Notes: generated from the sequence alone by a model not told the origin. A stretch of DNA of 64,000 nucleotides from Candidatus Eiseniibacteriota bacterium (GCA_963744995.1 CAVUWA010000002.1:224001-288000), one strand, 5' to 3'. Positions 1-9,172 are shown, numbered from the stretch's first letter. Translations and numbers: made by a program.

Positions 1-145
1 GATCCACGGTCGCTACGTGCTGCGGGCGTGCATCGTGAACTTTCACACGGGCGCGGGGGACGTTGCAGCGTTGCCGGAGATCTTCTCGCGCGCGGGGCGC
101 AAGCTCGACGCGGAGCTGCGGCCGGCCGCGCTGCGGGCCGGATGA
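1..145 (+). CDS. 3' end of a PLP-dependent (group II) amino-acid decarboxylase, partial
   Basis: Frame starting at base 2 reads IHGRYVLRACIVNFHT...ALRAG* (TGA 143-145). LRACIVNF.T resembles the C-terminus of this family. Confidence 0.7.
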   Translation, partial: IHGRYVLRACIVNFHTGAGDVAALPEIFSRAGRKLDAELRPAALRAG

Positions 146-176
146 TGGCGAGTCGCGTTGCGGTGGAGACCGGCGC

Positions 177-798
177 ATGAATTTCGATCCGGGCACGCTG
201 GCGCCGCGCGACATGTACGGTTTCATGATCGACGCGATCGTGCCGCGGCCGATCGCGTTCGCCTCCACGACCGGACCGGCGGGCGTCTTCAACGTGGCGC
301 CGTTCTCGTTCTTCAACGCGATCACCGGCCAGCCGCCGCTGGTGAGCATCTGCATCAGCGGCCGGCGCACCGGAATCAAAGACACGCTGCGCAACATCCA
401 GGATACGGGCGAGTTCGTGGTGAACGTCGTGCCGGAGGCACTGTTCAGGCAGATGGTGCGGACCTCGGGGGACTGGCCGCCGGAGACGAGCGAATTCGAC
501 GTCACCGGGCTCACCCCGGCCCCGTCCGAGCGCGTGCGCGCGCCGCGCGTCGCGGAGTCGCCGGTCCACCTCGAGTGCCGGCTGGAGCGCCTCGATCCGC
601 TTCAACCGGACGACGATGGTGGTGGGGGAGATCGTGTTCGCCCACGCCGACGAGCGCGTGATGACCGACGGCCGCGTGGACGCCGAGAAGCTGCGCCCGG
701 TCGGCCGGCTCGGCGGCGACGGCTACGCGATCGTGCGCGAGGTCCTGCACGAGGCGCGCCCGCGGGTCGGTCCGCCGGCGCGGGAGAGGAACGCATGA
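177..798 (+). CDS. Flavin reductase (DIM6/NTAB)-like FMN-binding protein, frameshifted near 595-612
   Basis: ATG 177 MNFDP...IVPRPIAF...NVAPFSFFN...KDTLRNI...GEFVVN...ESPVHLECRL. Continues in another frame as MVVGEIV...LRPVGRLGGDGY (616-798). Confidence 0.85.
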
Positions 799-3054
799 AC
801 GGGTCGCGCACTCGGTGGGCGCCGGCGTGCGCCGCGATACTCGCGGTGTGCGCGTTCAGCGGCGTTCGCAGCCGCGGGCGCACGGCGCCGAGCACGCTCC
901 GGCCGGGGCCGATTCGGGCCGGCGGGCGCAGCTTCCTCGATCGCTACACGCTCACCAACGGCTTCACCAACGGCCGGCCGCGCAGCGTCACGGCGACGAA
1001 GGATGGAAGCACCGTGTACTTCCTGCGCTCGGGGCCGCGGGACCGGGTGCAGGATCTCTACGCGTACGACGTGAAGGCCGCCGAGGAGCACGTGGTGTTC
1101 ACCGCGGAGTCGGTCCTGCACGGCGCCGCCGAGCATCTGTCGGCGGCCGAGCGGGAGCGCCGCGAGCGGGCGCGTCAGAGCGCGCGCGGAATCGCCTCGT
1201 ACGAGCTGTCGCCGGACGACCGCCGGCTGCTGGTGCCGCTCGCCGGGCGCCTGTTCGTGATCGAGCGCGCGAGCGGGGAGCGTGCGCGAGCTCACCGGAG
1301 CGCAGGGCGCGCCGCTCGATCCGCGTTTCTCGCCGGACGGCTCGCACGTGGCCTGCGTCCGCAACGGCGATCTGTACCTGTACGACGCCGCCACCGGCGC
1401 CGAGCAGCGGCTCACGGATTCCGCGACCGGGGACGTCTCGAACGGCCTCGCCGAGTTCGCCGCGCAGGAAGAGATGCTGCGCCGGCAGGGCTACTGGTGG
1501 TCGCCCGACGGCCGCGCGATCCTCTGCGAGCAGGCCGACACGTCGCCGGTCGAGAAGTTCAGGATTCCGGATCTGTCGAATCCGCAGCAGGCGCCGCACA
1601 TCTGGCCGTATCCGCGCGCGGGGCACGCGAACGCGATCGTGAAACTCGCGGTCCTCCCGCTGGATGGCGGCGCTCCGGTGTGGGTGGAGTGGGACCGCAC
1701 GCGCTTCCCGTATCTCGTCACGGTGCGCTGGGAGCCGAACGCGCCGCCCACGCTCGTGGTCCACGACCGGCACCAGGAGCACGCGCGCGTACTGGTCGTG
1801 GACGCCGCGACCGGAAAGACGCGCGAGCTGCTGCGCGAACACGATCCGTCATGGCTGCAGTTCGAGCAGAGCGTGCCGCACTGGCGCGCCGACGGGAAGG
1901 CCTTCCTGTGGTCCACCGAGCGCGGCGGCGACTGGCGGCTCGAGCTGCGCGACCGCGGCGGACGGCTGATCCGCACGCTGACGCGGCCGCCGCTGCGATA
2001 CCGCAAGCTCGCCGGCATCGACGAGGCGTCGAACAGCGCGATCGTGCAGGCCTCCGCGAACGACCCGACCGAGCGGCATCTGTGGCGCGTTCCGCTGGAC
2101 GGGCACGGCGGGCCGCAACCGATCGCGCCGGCGCCCGGCGACCAGGACGCGACGATGCACGCGGGCCGCGCGATCTTCGCGGTCGAGCACCAGGGCCGCG
2201 ACGGGTCGTACCGCATGGAGCTGGATTCGATGAGCGGAGGAGTCGTCGGCACGCTGCGCTCCGTGGCCGAGACGCTGCCGTTCGAGCCGAACGTGCAATG
2301 GCTGACGCTCGATCCGCCGCTCCGCATGCACGCCTCGATCGTGCGCCCACGCGACTTCGTCGAGGGCCGCCGCTACCCGGTGCTCGTGCACGTCTACGGC
2401 GGCCCGTACCATCAGGAGGTACGGGCGACGCGGCAGCGCTATCTGTTCGAACAGTGGTTCGCGGATCAGGGTTTCGTGGTGGTGGCGGCGGACGGCCGCG
2501 GTACCCCGGGGCGCGGCCGCGCGTGGGAGCGTGCGATCGACGGCGACCTGATCGAGATCCCGCTTGCCGATCAGGTGGCCGCGATCCGGCAGCTCGGCGT
2601 GCGTTTCCCGGAAATGGACATGGATCGCGTCGGCATCTGGGGCTGGTCGTTCGGCGGTTACTTCAGCGCGATGGCCGTGATGCGGCACCCGGAGCTGTTC
2701 AAGGCGGGCATCGCCGGCGCGCCGGTCGCCGACTGGCGCGATTACAGCACCTACTACACCGAGCGCTACATGAATCTTCCGGACGAGAACCCGAAGGGCT
2801 ACGCGAACGCCAGCGTGCTGACATGGGCGCCGCAGCTCGAGCGGCCGCTGCTGATCATTCACGGCACCGCGGACGACAACGTGTACTTCATGCACAGCGC
2901 GAAGATCGCCGACGCGCTGTTCCGCGCCGGGAAGGCCTTCGACTTCCTGCCGCTCTCGCAGTTCACGCACATGGTCGTGGACGTCGAGGCGCGCACGCGG
3001 ATGTACGAGCGCATGCGCGCGTTCCTGGAAGCGAACCTGAAAGCGGCGCCGTGA
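795..3054 (+). CDS. S9B dipeptidyl peptidase IV family serine peptidase, frameshifted near 1275-1285
   Basis: Signal peptide and N-terminal propeller (EERERRERARQSARGIASY) in one frame. GWSFGG nucleophile motif, YYTERYM, HGTADDNV and catalytic His (FTHM) in ORF 1282-3054. Confidence 0.9.
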
Positions 3055-3406
3055 ACTCCGGGATCCGCAAGATCCACGTGAAGACCGAGGAAGAGCTGTG
3101 GCTCGTCACCCAGCGCAATGTTCCGCTCTGGGACATCCTCGATTTCTTCCCGAGCGACGCGATCGGCCCGCGCGGACCGAAGGACGAGCCGCGGCCGTAC
3201 GACGTGAAACCCGTGACGATCGAGACCGACCTCGGTTTCTCGTTCGAGAGCGACATCCAGTACGGCAGCTGGATCTTCCGCCCGCGCTCGCCGAAGCAGC
3301 CCGGGATGATGAAGTGGTGCAGGGAGCGCGGCATCGAGGTGGGCGACGCGCTGGTGTTCGAGAAGACGGGCGAGCGGCGATTTCGGTTGACGCTGGAAAA
3401 GGGCGG
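2862..3406 (+). repeat. Direct repeat copy 1 (545 bp): 3' end of S9 peptidase plus small hypothetical gene
   Basis: Aligns ungapped to 5248-5792 (offset 2386) with 22 substitutions by manual count. Confidence 0.95.
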
Positions 3407-3413
3407 TCGTTGA
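3051..3413 (+). CDS. Hypothetical 120-aa protein, possible B3/EcoRII-N-like pseudobarrel (copy 1)
   Basis: GTG overlaps the peptidase stop (GTGA). Motifs DFFPSDAIG, ETD..SDI..IFR and GIEVGDALVFEKTGERRFRLTL. Mostly synonymous divergence from copy 2 supports coding. Confidence 0.75.
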   Translation: MNSGIRKIHVKTEEELWLVTQRNVPLWDILDFFPSDAIGPRGPKDEPRPYDVKPVTIETDLGFSFESDIQYGSWIFRPRSPKQPGMMKWCRERGIEVGDALVFEKTGERRFRLTLEKGGR

Positions 3414-3517
3414 ACTTGCTGTATGCTTTTGCCACGGCTGGCGCAGGGGGAACGGCGCCACGGGCGGAGTGCCCTGAACGCCGCAGGACGACCGGGTGAA
3501 CGCGTGGGGGCCTGTCC

Positions 3518-4499
3518 ATGCTCTTGGGGAGATTGCCGAGGGCTTCCTGCCGCGGCTGGCTCGGAGCCACATCGACTGCAGTGTGCTGTCTCTGGGCATT
3601 GGCTTCATGCTCACGTGCCCCCACGTCCCCTGAATTGTCACCGCCTTCACAGCGATGGCCCACCGTGGACTTTCCGGGAGCCTGGAGTCATGACAGTCAG
3701 TACATCGCCTTCCGGCGAGAGTTCGCCAGTCGGGATGGCCCCGCCGGTATCTATCTCGTGCACCGCCTTGGTGGGCCACTTCGGTACGTGGCCCCGGCAC
3801 GGATTTTCTGGCCCCGCAACCTCGTCTTCTCCCCCGATGATCGCTACCTCGCCGGAGTGAGCGATTTGCAGATCATCATCATGGACACCATCACCGGTGC
3901 TGTCGCATCGCCCCTCCCTCAGGCGGCGAATTACCCAACTTGGTCTCCAGATGGCACCCGGATCGCATACGAGAGGCTGCCCACCGCACCGGGAACGCCA
4001 GCCGAATCGACTGGGTTACATCTACTCGACTTGTCCACGGGCAATGAGACGCCGATTCTGCATGACGGCAACGTCGTATCGGGCACGAATTTCACGTGGT
4101 CGTCGGAGGGCGACTGGATTGCGCTCAATCAGTATCTTCCAGGTCCACCCGGGCGCCGGGTGGCTCTCATCAGTCCCGACGGGACAGAACTCAGAAGCGT
4201 GTGGGAGCCTGAGACCCTTACCATCTTCGATCGCCTTGCCTGGTACCACGATGATGTACTTGGCCTGCGGCGACTCATTGTACATATCGCCATAACGTCG
4301 TATCTGGTTGATATCGATTCCAGAAGCATTCACCGGTACCTTGGTCCGAAGGGACTGGGCTTGATCTCTCCGAATGGGCAAGAGATCGTGAAGAGCCTGT
4401 ACGATCCCGTTGATTCTGTGGGTGTATCTGTTCGTCGTTCGTGCGGACGACTCCTCAGGGGCCAGCCTCAGGCAGGTCACACACTGGGAAACCCCTTGA
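3518..4499 (+). CDS. TolB-like (PD40) beta-propeller putative lipoprotein, probably frameshifted near 4427
   Basis: Repeated AWSHDS/FSPDD/PTWSPDGTRIAY/WSSEG/ISPDG motifs and LASC lipobox. A 1-base shift gives LFVVRADDSSGASLRQVTHWETP* ending at 4499; the unshifted ORF runs to 4555. Confidence 0.75.
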
Positions 4500-4551
4500 G
4501 TTCGCCTCGGTCGACCCGGGAAGTGGAGTGCCGGCCATCCGTCCAATTGAA

Positions 4552-5223
4552 GTGAAGTTGTCTGGTGACGAGGCCCGGGCAAGGTGCAACCGGCAATTGG
4601 TGGGCTCGAGCCTGGCGGTTCTCCTGTCGTTCGCGGCCGGGACGGCCCACGCCCAATCGCCAGCAGCGGGAACAGTCCGGATAGCAGCCAGTGTGCAGCA
4701 GCGGACATTCGACGGCTTGAGTATCCTTGAAGATCGTCCGAGACGGAGGGGTGAAATCGGGGGAGAAGTTGAGATCCAATTCTTTATGATGGACAGACTG
4801 GCGATGGTGGTTGGCGGCCGCCTCGGTGGGACACGATTCCGATTCGCAGGGCCTGGAAGCAGAGGAATGGTTGAGGAGTTGAGTTGGAGTGTGCGTGCTG
4901 GCGTCGATCTCGAAGCTTGGACCACGGATCGATGGGAGGCTGCGATCGGGGGTGGATTCGTCTATGGGGAGGCGAGATCTTGGCTGCACACGACATCGAC
5001 GGGAAGAGAGGGGCCCCGCAATTTCCTGCCCGGAGCTGAGCTAAGGATTCGAGCAACCTGTGTGTTGACCGGCAACCTGAGATTGGCCGCGACTATGCAA
5101 CAAGGGCTGTACCTTGCGAGAGCCAGGGTCTCCGAACTCGAGAATCACTTCGATTGGCTGAGCAGCTCGTTCGCATCGTCGATCGGAGCGTCGTGGACCT
5201 TGTTCGGTGGTCAGGGAGACTGA
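4552..5223 (+). CDS. Hypothetical exported protein, possible outer-membrane beta-barrel (start uncertain)
   Basis: Signal-like LAVLLSFAAGTAHA-Q, alternating amphipathic beta-strands, aromatic C-terminal strand SIGASWTLF. Confidence 0.55.
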   Translation: MKLSGDEARARCNRQLVGSSLAVLLSFAAGTAHAQSPAAGTVRIAASVQQRTFDGLSILEDRPRRRGEIGGEVEIQFFMMDRLAMVVGGRLGGTRFRFAGPGSRGMVEELSWSVRAGVDLEAWTTDRWEAAIGGGFVYGEARSWLHTTSTGREGPRNFLPGAELRIRATCVLTGNLRLAATMQQGLYLARARVSELENHFDWLSSSFASSIGASWTLFGGQGD

Positions 5224-5247
5224 ACGGGCGCGTGAACGTCCGCGACG

Positions 5248-5440
5248 CGGCACCGCGGACGACAACGTGTACTTCATGCACAGCGCGAAGATCGCCGACG
5301 CGCTGTTCCGCGCCGGGAAGGCCTTCGACTTCCTGCCGCTGTCGCAGTTCACGCACATGGTCGTCGACGTCGAGGCCCGCACGCGGATGTACGAGCGGAT
5401 GCGCGCGTTCCTGGAAGCGAACCTGAAAGCGGCGCCGTGA
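5248..5440 (+). pseudogene. 5'-truncated duplicate of S9 peptidase C-terminus
   Basis: Begins abruptly at GTADDNVYF and is amino-acid identical to the last ~63 residues of the peptidase. Confidence 0.9.
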
Positions 5441-5792
5441 ACTCCGGGATCCGCAAGATCCACGTGAAGACCGAGGAAGAGCTGTGGCTCGTCACCCAGC
5501 GCAATGTTCCGCTCTGGGACATCCTGGACTTCTTCCCGAGCGACGCGATCGGCCCGCGCGGGCCGAAGGACGAGCCGCGGCCCTATGACGTCCGGCCCGT
5601 GACCATCGAAACCGACCTGGGCTTCACGTTCGAGACCGACATTCAGTACGGCAGCTGGATCTTTCGCCCGCGCTCGCCGAAGCAGCCCGGGATGATGAAG
5701 TGGTGCAGGGAGCGCGGCATCGAGGTGGGCGACGCGCTGGTGTTCGAGCAGACGGGCGAGCGGCGATTTCGGTTGACGCTGGAAAAGGGCGG
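5248..5792 (+). repeat. Direct repeat copy 2 (545 bp)
   Basis: Matches 2862-3406. Confidence 0.95.
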
Positions 5793-5805
5793 CGCTGCGG
5801 CGTGA
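5437..5805 (+). CDS. Hypothetical 122-aa protein, possible B3/EcoRII-N-like pseudobarrel (copy 2)
   Basis: Paralog of 3051-3413 with 4 conservative substitutions and a different tail (GGAAA*). Confidence 0.75.
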   Translation: MNSGIRKIHVKTEEELWLVTQRNVPLWDILDFFPSDAIGPRGPKDEPRPYDVRPVTIETDLGFTFETDIQYGSWIFRPRSPKQPGMMKWCRERGIEVGDALVFEQTGERRFRLTLEKGGAAA

Positions 5806-5838
5806 GCCCGGCGCCGTCGAACTTCGCCTGAGGGGCGC

Positions 5839-6378
5839 ATGGGTCCCCGGGATGCGGAAGCCCTGCTCGAACCGGCCGTCCGGGCGCACCCCGGCACGTG
5901 GGCCGACCTCGGCTGCGGCGACGGGACGTTCACGCGAGCGCTCGCGCGACGGCTCGGAAACGGCAGCCTGATCTTCGCCGTCGATCGCGATGAGCGCGCG
6001 ATCCGATCCATGGAGCGCCGCGTCGCGATGGAGCCCGCGCGCGTGGTTCCAGTCGTCGCGGACTTCACGCAGGCGTTCGAGCTGCCCGGGCTGGAACAGC
6101 CGCGGCTCGATGGCCTGCTGATGGCCAACGCGCTGCACTACGTGGAAGGCGCTGCCGGCACGCTTGCGACGCTCGCTGCATGGCTGCGCCCGGGTGGTCG
6201 TGTCGTGCTGATCGAATACGACGGGCGTCGCCCGAGTCGCTGGGTGCCGTACCCGATCGGGGCGGCGGAATGGCCCGTGCTGGCCGCAACTGCGGGGCTC
6301 ACGGCGCCGGCGATCGTGGCGCGGCGGGCGTCCGAGTACGGCGGCGAGATCTACGCGGCCATCGCCGATCGGCCGTAA
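5839..6378 (+). CDS. Class I SAM-dependent methyltransferase
   Basis: WADLGCGDG motif I, AVDRD, ADF, LRPGGRVVLIEY. Confidence 0.9.
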   Translation: MGPRDAEALLEPAVRAHPGTWADLGCGDGTFTRALARRLGNGSLIFAVDRDERAIRSMERRVAMEPARVVPVVADFTQAFELPGLEQPRLDGLLMANALHYVEGAAGTLATLAAWLRPGGRVVLIEYDGRRPSRWVPYPIGAAEWPVLAATAGLTAPAIVARRASEYGGEIYAAIADRP

Positions 6379-6393
6379 TCGCAGGCCGCCGCA

Positions 6394-7410
6394 TCAACGG
6401 GGTGGCGGCATGCCCCGATCGCCCCACCGTGCTCCACCCGCCGCGCGCATGGCCTTGCGATACAGCACGTACTTGCGGAGCACGCTCATCCCCGCGTGCT
6501 CGTAGAGCTGCGTCGCCCCAGTCGCGTTTCCGGAGTCCACGGTGAGCCGCACGTGCGGCTGGCCGTGCTTCCAGAACGCTGCGAACGTCGCGTCGAGCAG
6601 CGCGCGGCCGAGCTTCCTCCCGCGCCAGTCCCTGCGCACGCCGAGCTCGTCCACCCAGCCGGCGTCCTCGTAGAGCAGATTGCACGACGCACCGACCGGG
6701 GTGTCGCCGTGCCACGCGAGAAGCCAGAGATCGGGCACGTAGAAGTCGTAGCCCGCATGGCGCCTGACCCAGTCCTCTTTCTCGAGCGGCGTGAAGCGGT
6801 AGTGATCGCGGAACGCGTCGCTCAGGACGTCGTAGAAGCGGCCTTCGTCTTCGCCACGGCGACACGAGCGGATCTCGATGCCGGCGGGCGGCGGCGTGAT
6901 TTGCGCCGGTGCGGTCTCCAGATCCACGCCCATCCGGAAATACCAGCGGCACGCCTCGAAGCCGTGCTGCGCGTAGCGCTGCAGGCGCTCGGTCTCGACG
7001 GCGTCGGCATGCAAGTGCATCCATGTGTCTTCGCCGCCCGGACCCCGGGCGAAGTCATTCAGCATGCGTCGTTCGAGCTCCCGGATCACCAGCGCTTCGA
7101 GGTCGGCGTCCGCGGCGGCGGGGAGGAGGCTGTAGTCGCCGTCGTATTCGGCGAACGGCTTTCGCGACCTGAAATTCGCATAGGCCACGATGGCGTCGCC
7201 GCGGGTCACGATGAACGCGTGCCGCGCGGGATCGAAGCCCTCGAGACCCCACTCGGCTTCGAGATCGGTTTGCGAGAAGTCCGGCTCGCCCGAGACGCGG
7301 ATGTTCGCGGCCTGGATCAGCGCCGTGATCTCGGCGATGTCGGCGGCGGAGGGCGCGCGCAGTCCGTTTCCGGACAGCAACGATCTGTGATTGGCGTGGG
7401 AGTCTTTCAT
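6394..7410 (-). CDS. Tandem-GNAT acetyltransferase (MshD-like architecture)
   Basis: ATG 7410 MKDSH. LGVRRDWRGRKLGRALL acetyl-CoA motif and LTVDSGNATGATQLYEHAGM. Confidence 0.85.
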   Translation of the reverse strand: MKDSHANHRSLLSGNGLRAPSAADIAEITALIQAANIRVSGEPDFSQTDLEAEWGLEGFDPARHAFIVTRGDAIVAYANFRSRKPFAEYDGDYSLLPAAADADLEALVIRELERRMLNDFARGPGGEDTWMHLHADAVETERLQRYAQHGFEACRWYFRMGVDLETAPAQITPPPAGIEIRSCRRGEDEGRFYDVLSDAFRDHYRFTPLEKEDWVRRHAGYDFYVPDLWLLAWHGDTPVGASCNLLYEDAGWVDELGVRRDWRGRKLGRALLDATFAAFWKHGQPHVRLTVDSGNATGATQLYEHAGMSVLRKYVLYRKAMRAAGGARWGDRGMPPPR

Positions 7411-7867
7411 GATGGCTTTCGCGGCATGAGGCCGGCGTTGGATACGAGTCGGATGGCAGGCGCAAGTGCCTGCGGGTCGCATTCTCGACCGAAGCCGCGG
7501 GAGGTGTCCAGACGGGGCTGGATCGTGTTCGGGGATGGGCGCGAAAGTGCCGCGCTGCTGCGTCGGGTGGTTGCGCCCGCGCCGCAGCGCGTCCTGGAAT
7601 GCGCGTCGCTCCGCCCATGAGCAGCGGAGCTCGATCATTTCTTCGTTGACACGGTTTGGACTGTCCATTGCGCGAGTTCGAGGATGCGTTGCTGGCGTCG
7701 CGTCACGGCACGCGAGTCGCGCGCTGTCGCGCTTGCGCGTGCGGCTTTGAAATTCGTGTGCTCCCGGAGCGCGTTGTGCGCGCTGAGTTGATCCTCGGGC
7801 GCCGAAATCGCGTGTGATATGAAAGAGACGCGCCCCCGCGTGACCCGCCCCCGCGGATGAACGCGAG

Positions 7868-9172
7868 ATGAACCCATTCCTGCTGCCGCACCTGGGTGAC
7901 CGTGCCCTGCGCTCCGGCCTGGTCGCCGCCGTTCCGAAGTTCCGCCTCGCCTCCGCCACCGCGATCGCTCACCTGGCCGAGTTCGATGCCCGCAAGCTGT
8001 ACGTGCCAGAAGGCTATCCCTCGATGTCGGCGTTCTGCACCGGCGAGCTGGGGCTCACCGAACAGGTCGCGAACAAGCTGATCCGGGTGGCGCGCACGGC
8101 GCTGCGCTTCCCCGAGATCTTCCCGGCGCTCGCCGACGGGCGGCTGAACCCGAGCGCCGTGATCCTGCTCGCACCGTGGCTCACGAACGAGAACGCCCGG
8201 GAGCTGCTGGCGGCGGCGACGCGGAAGAGCAACGAGGCGATCCGCGAGCTGCTGGCCGACCGGACGCCGAAGCTGGACGTGCCGTTCAGCCTCGAAGCCC
8301 GGCCGGGGCCCGCTCAGGTGTCTGCGCAGACACCTGAAGCGCCGGGCGAGGTGTCTGTACGGACACCTCCGGATCCGGCGAAGTCAGCCGAGGTGTCTGT
8401 ACGGACACCTCCACCCGCCCGCTGGCCGAAGTTCGCAGCCCTCGGCGGCGAACGCTGGGAGGCGCGTTTCACCATGGGACAGGCGACGCACGAGGCGATG
8501 CGCTACTTCGAGCAGATGCTGGGGCGGAAGATCACGTCAGAAGAGATCGATCAGGCGCTGCTTCGTGGCCTCGAGGCGATGGCGGCAGCGATCGAGCAGC
8601 GCCGCTTCGCTGCGACCGACCGGCCGCGCAAGCAGCGCAGGACTGCAAAGGGCCGCCACATTCCGGCGGCGGTGAAGCGCGAAGTGCGCGAGCGCGACGG
8701 CGATCGCTGCACATTCGTCGCCGAATCCGGCCATCGTTGCGAAGCTCGCGGCATGCTCGAGTTCGATCACATCGAGCCGGTGGCGCGCGTTGGGAAGTCG
8801 ATCGTCGAAAACCTGCGGCTGCGCTGCCGGGCGCACAATCAGTACGAAGCCGAGCGGGCGTTCGGAGCGGGGTTCATGCACGAGAAGCGCGAGCGGGCGG
8901 GAGAGTCGGCGAGGCGGCAAGGCGCCCGGACGGCTGCCCCGAAGCGAAAGGCCGACGTCGAGGCGACGCCTGCCGCCATGTCGAACGACGACGTCATCCC
9001 ATGGCTCCGGAAGCTCGGGTTTCGCGCGGACGAGGCGCGGCGCGCGGCCGCCCGTTGCGACCGCCTGGCGCCGCTCGAGAGCCGGGTTCGCGCGGCACTG
9101 TCATTCCTCGCACCGCCCGCCCGGGTGGGACGTGTCGCGGAGCGCGCGGCTCCGCCTACAGGTGCTGCGTAA
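7868..9172 (+). CDS. DUF222-like / HNH endonuclease with RuvA C-terminal-like tail
   Basis: N-terminal AHLAEFDARKLY..GYPSM..FC..ELGL. HNH region RHIPAAVKREVRERDGDRC...C....LEFDHIEP......ENLRLRCRAHN. Tail DDVIPWLRKLGFRADEARRA. Confidence 0.85.
   Translation: MNPFLLPHLGDRALRSGLVAAVPKFRLASATAIAHLAEFDARKLYVPEGYPSMSAFCTGELGLTEQVANKLIRVARTALRFPEIFPALADGRLNPSAVILLAPWLTNENARELLAAATRKSNEAIRELLADRTPKLDVPFSLEARPGPAQVSAQTPEAPGEVSVRTPPDPAKSAEVSVRTPPPARWPKFAALGGERWEARFTMGQATHEAMRYFEQMLGRKITSEEIDQALLRGLEAMAAAIEQRRFAATDRPRKQRRTAKGRHIPAAVKREVRERDGDRCTFVAESGHRCEARGMLEFDHIEPVARVGKSIVENLRLRCRAHNQYEAERAFGAGFMHEKRERAGESARRQGARTAAPKRKADVEATPAAMSNDDVIPWLRKLGFRADEARRAAARCDRLAPLESRVRAALSFLAPPARVGRVAERAAPPTGAA
8314..8411. 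repeat. Three interspaced 20-bp palindromic repeats AGGTGTC-N6-GACACCT inside the HNH gene
   Basis: Cores at 8316-8335 (centre TGCGCA, perfect 24-bp palindrome 8314-8337), 8349-8368 and 8391-8410 (centre TGTACG). Confidence 0.9.

Larger units (their letters stand above)
3407..5247. mobile_element. Lower-GC genomic islet (~1.84 kb) between the direct repeats
   Basis: Line 4261 has 29/60 G+C versus 41/60 in flanking line 2521. Many A/T-ending codons. Boundaries coincide with the repeat ends. No integrase or transposase. Confidence 0.6.

Noticed and set aside
63..3413. 1116-aa ORF in the track
   Set aside because: It is a chimera of the flavin reductase N-terminus, the peptidase N-terminus, out-of-frame sequence and the small gene at 3051, produced by frameshifts in GC-rich DNA.
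3407..5247. Integron cassette or IS-bounded element
   Set aside because: No convincing attC (RYYYAAC...GTTRRRY) structure, terminal inverted repeats, integrase or transposase.
2862..5792. Diversity-generating retroelement TR/VR pair
   Set aside because: Mismatches are mostly third-position C/G/T changes and are not adenine-specific. No reverse transcriptase is present in the window.
7646..7675. TTGACA as the HNH gene promoter
   Set aside because: No plausible -10 hexamer at 16-18 bp spacing.
8314..8411. Canonical CRISPR array
   Set aside because: Only three 20-bp units with short unequal spacers (13 and 22 bp), inside a CDS, with no cas genes. Kept as a non-CRISPR repeat finding.
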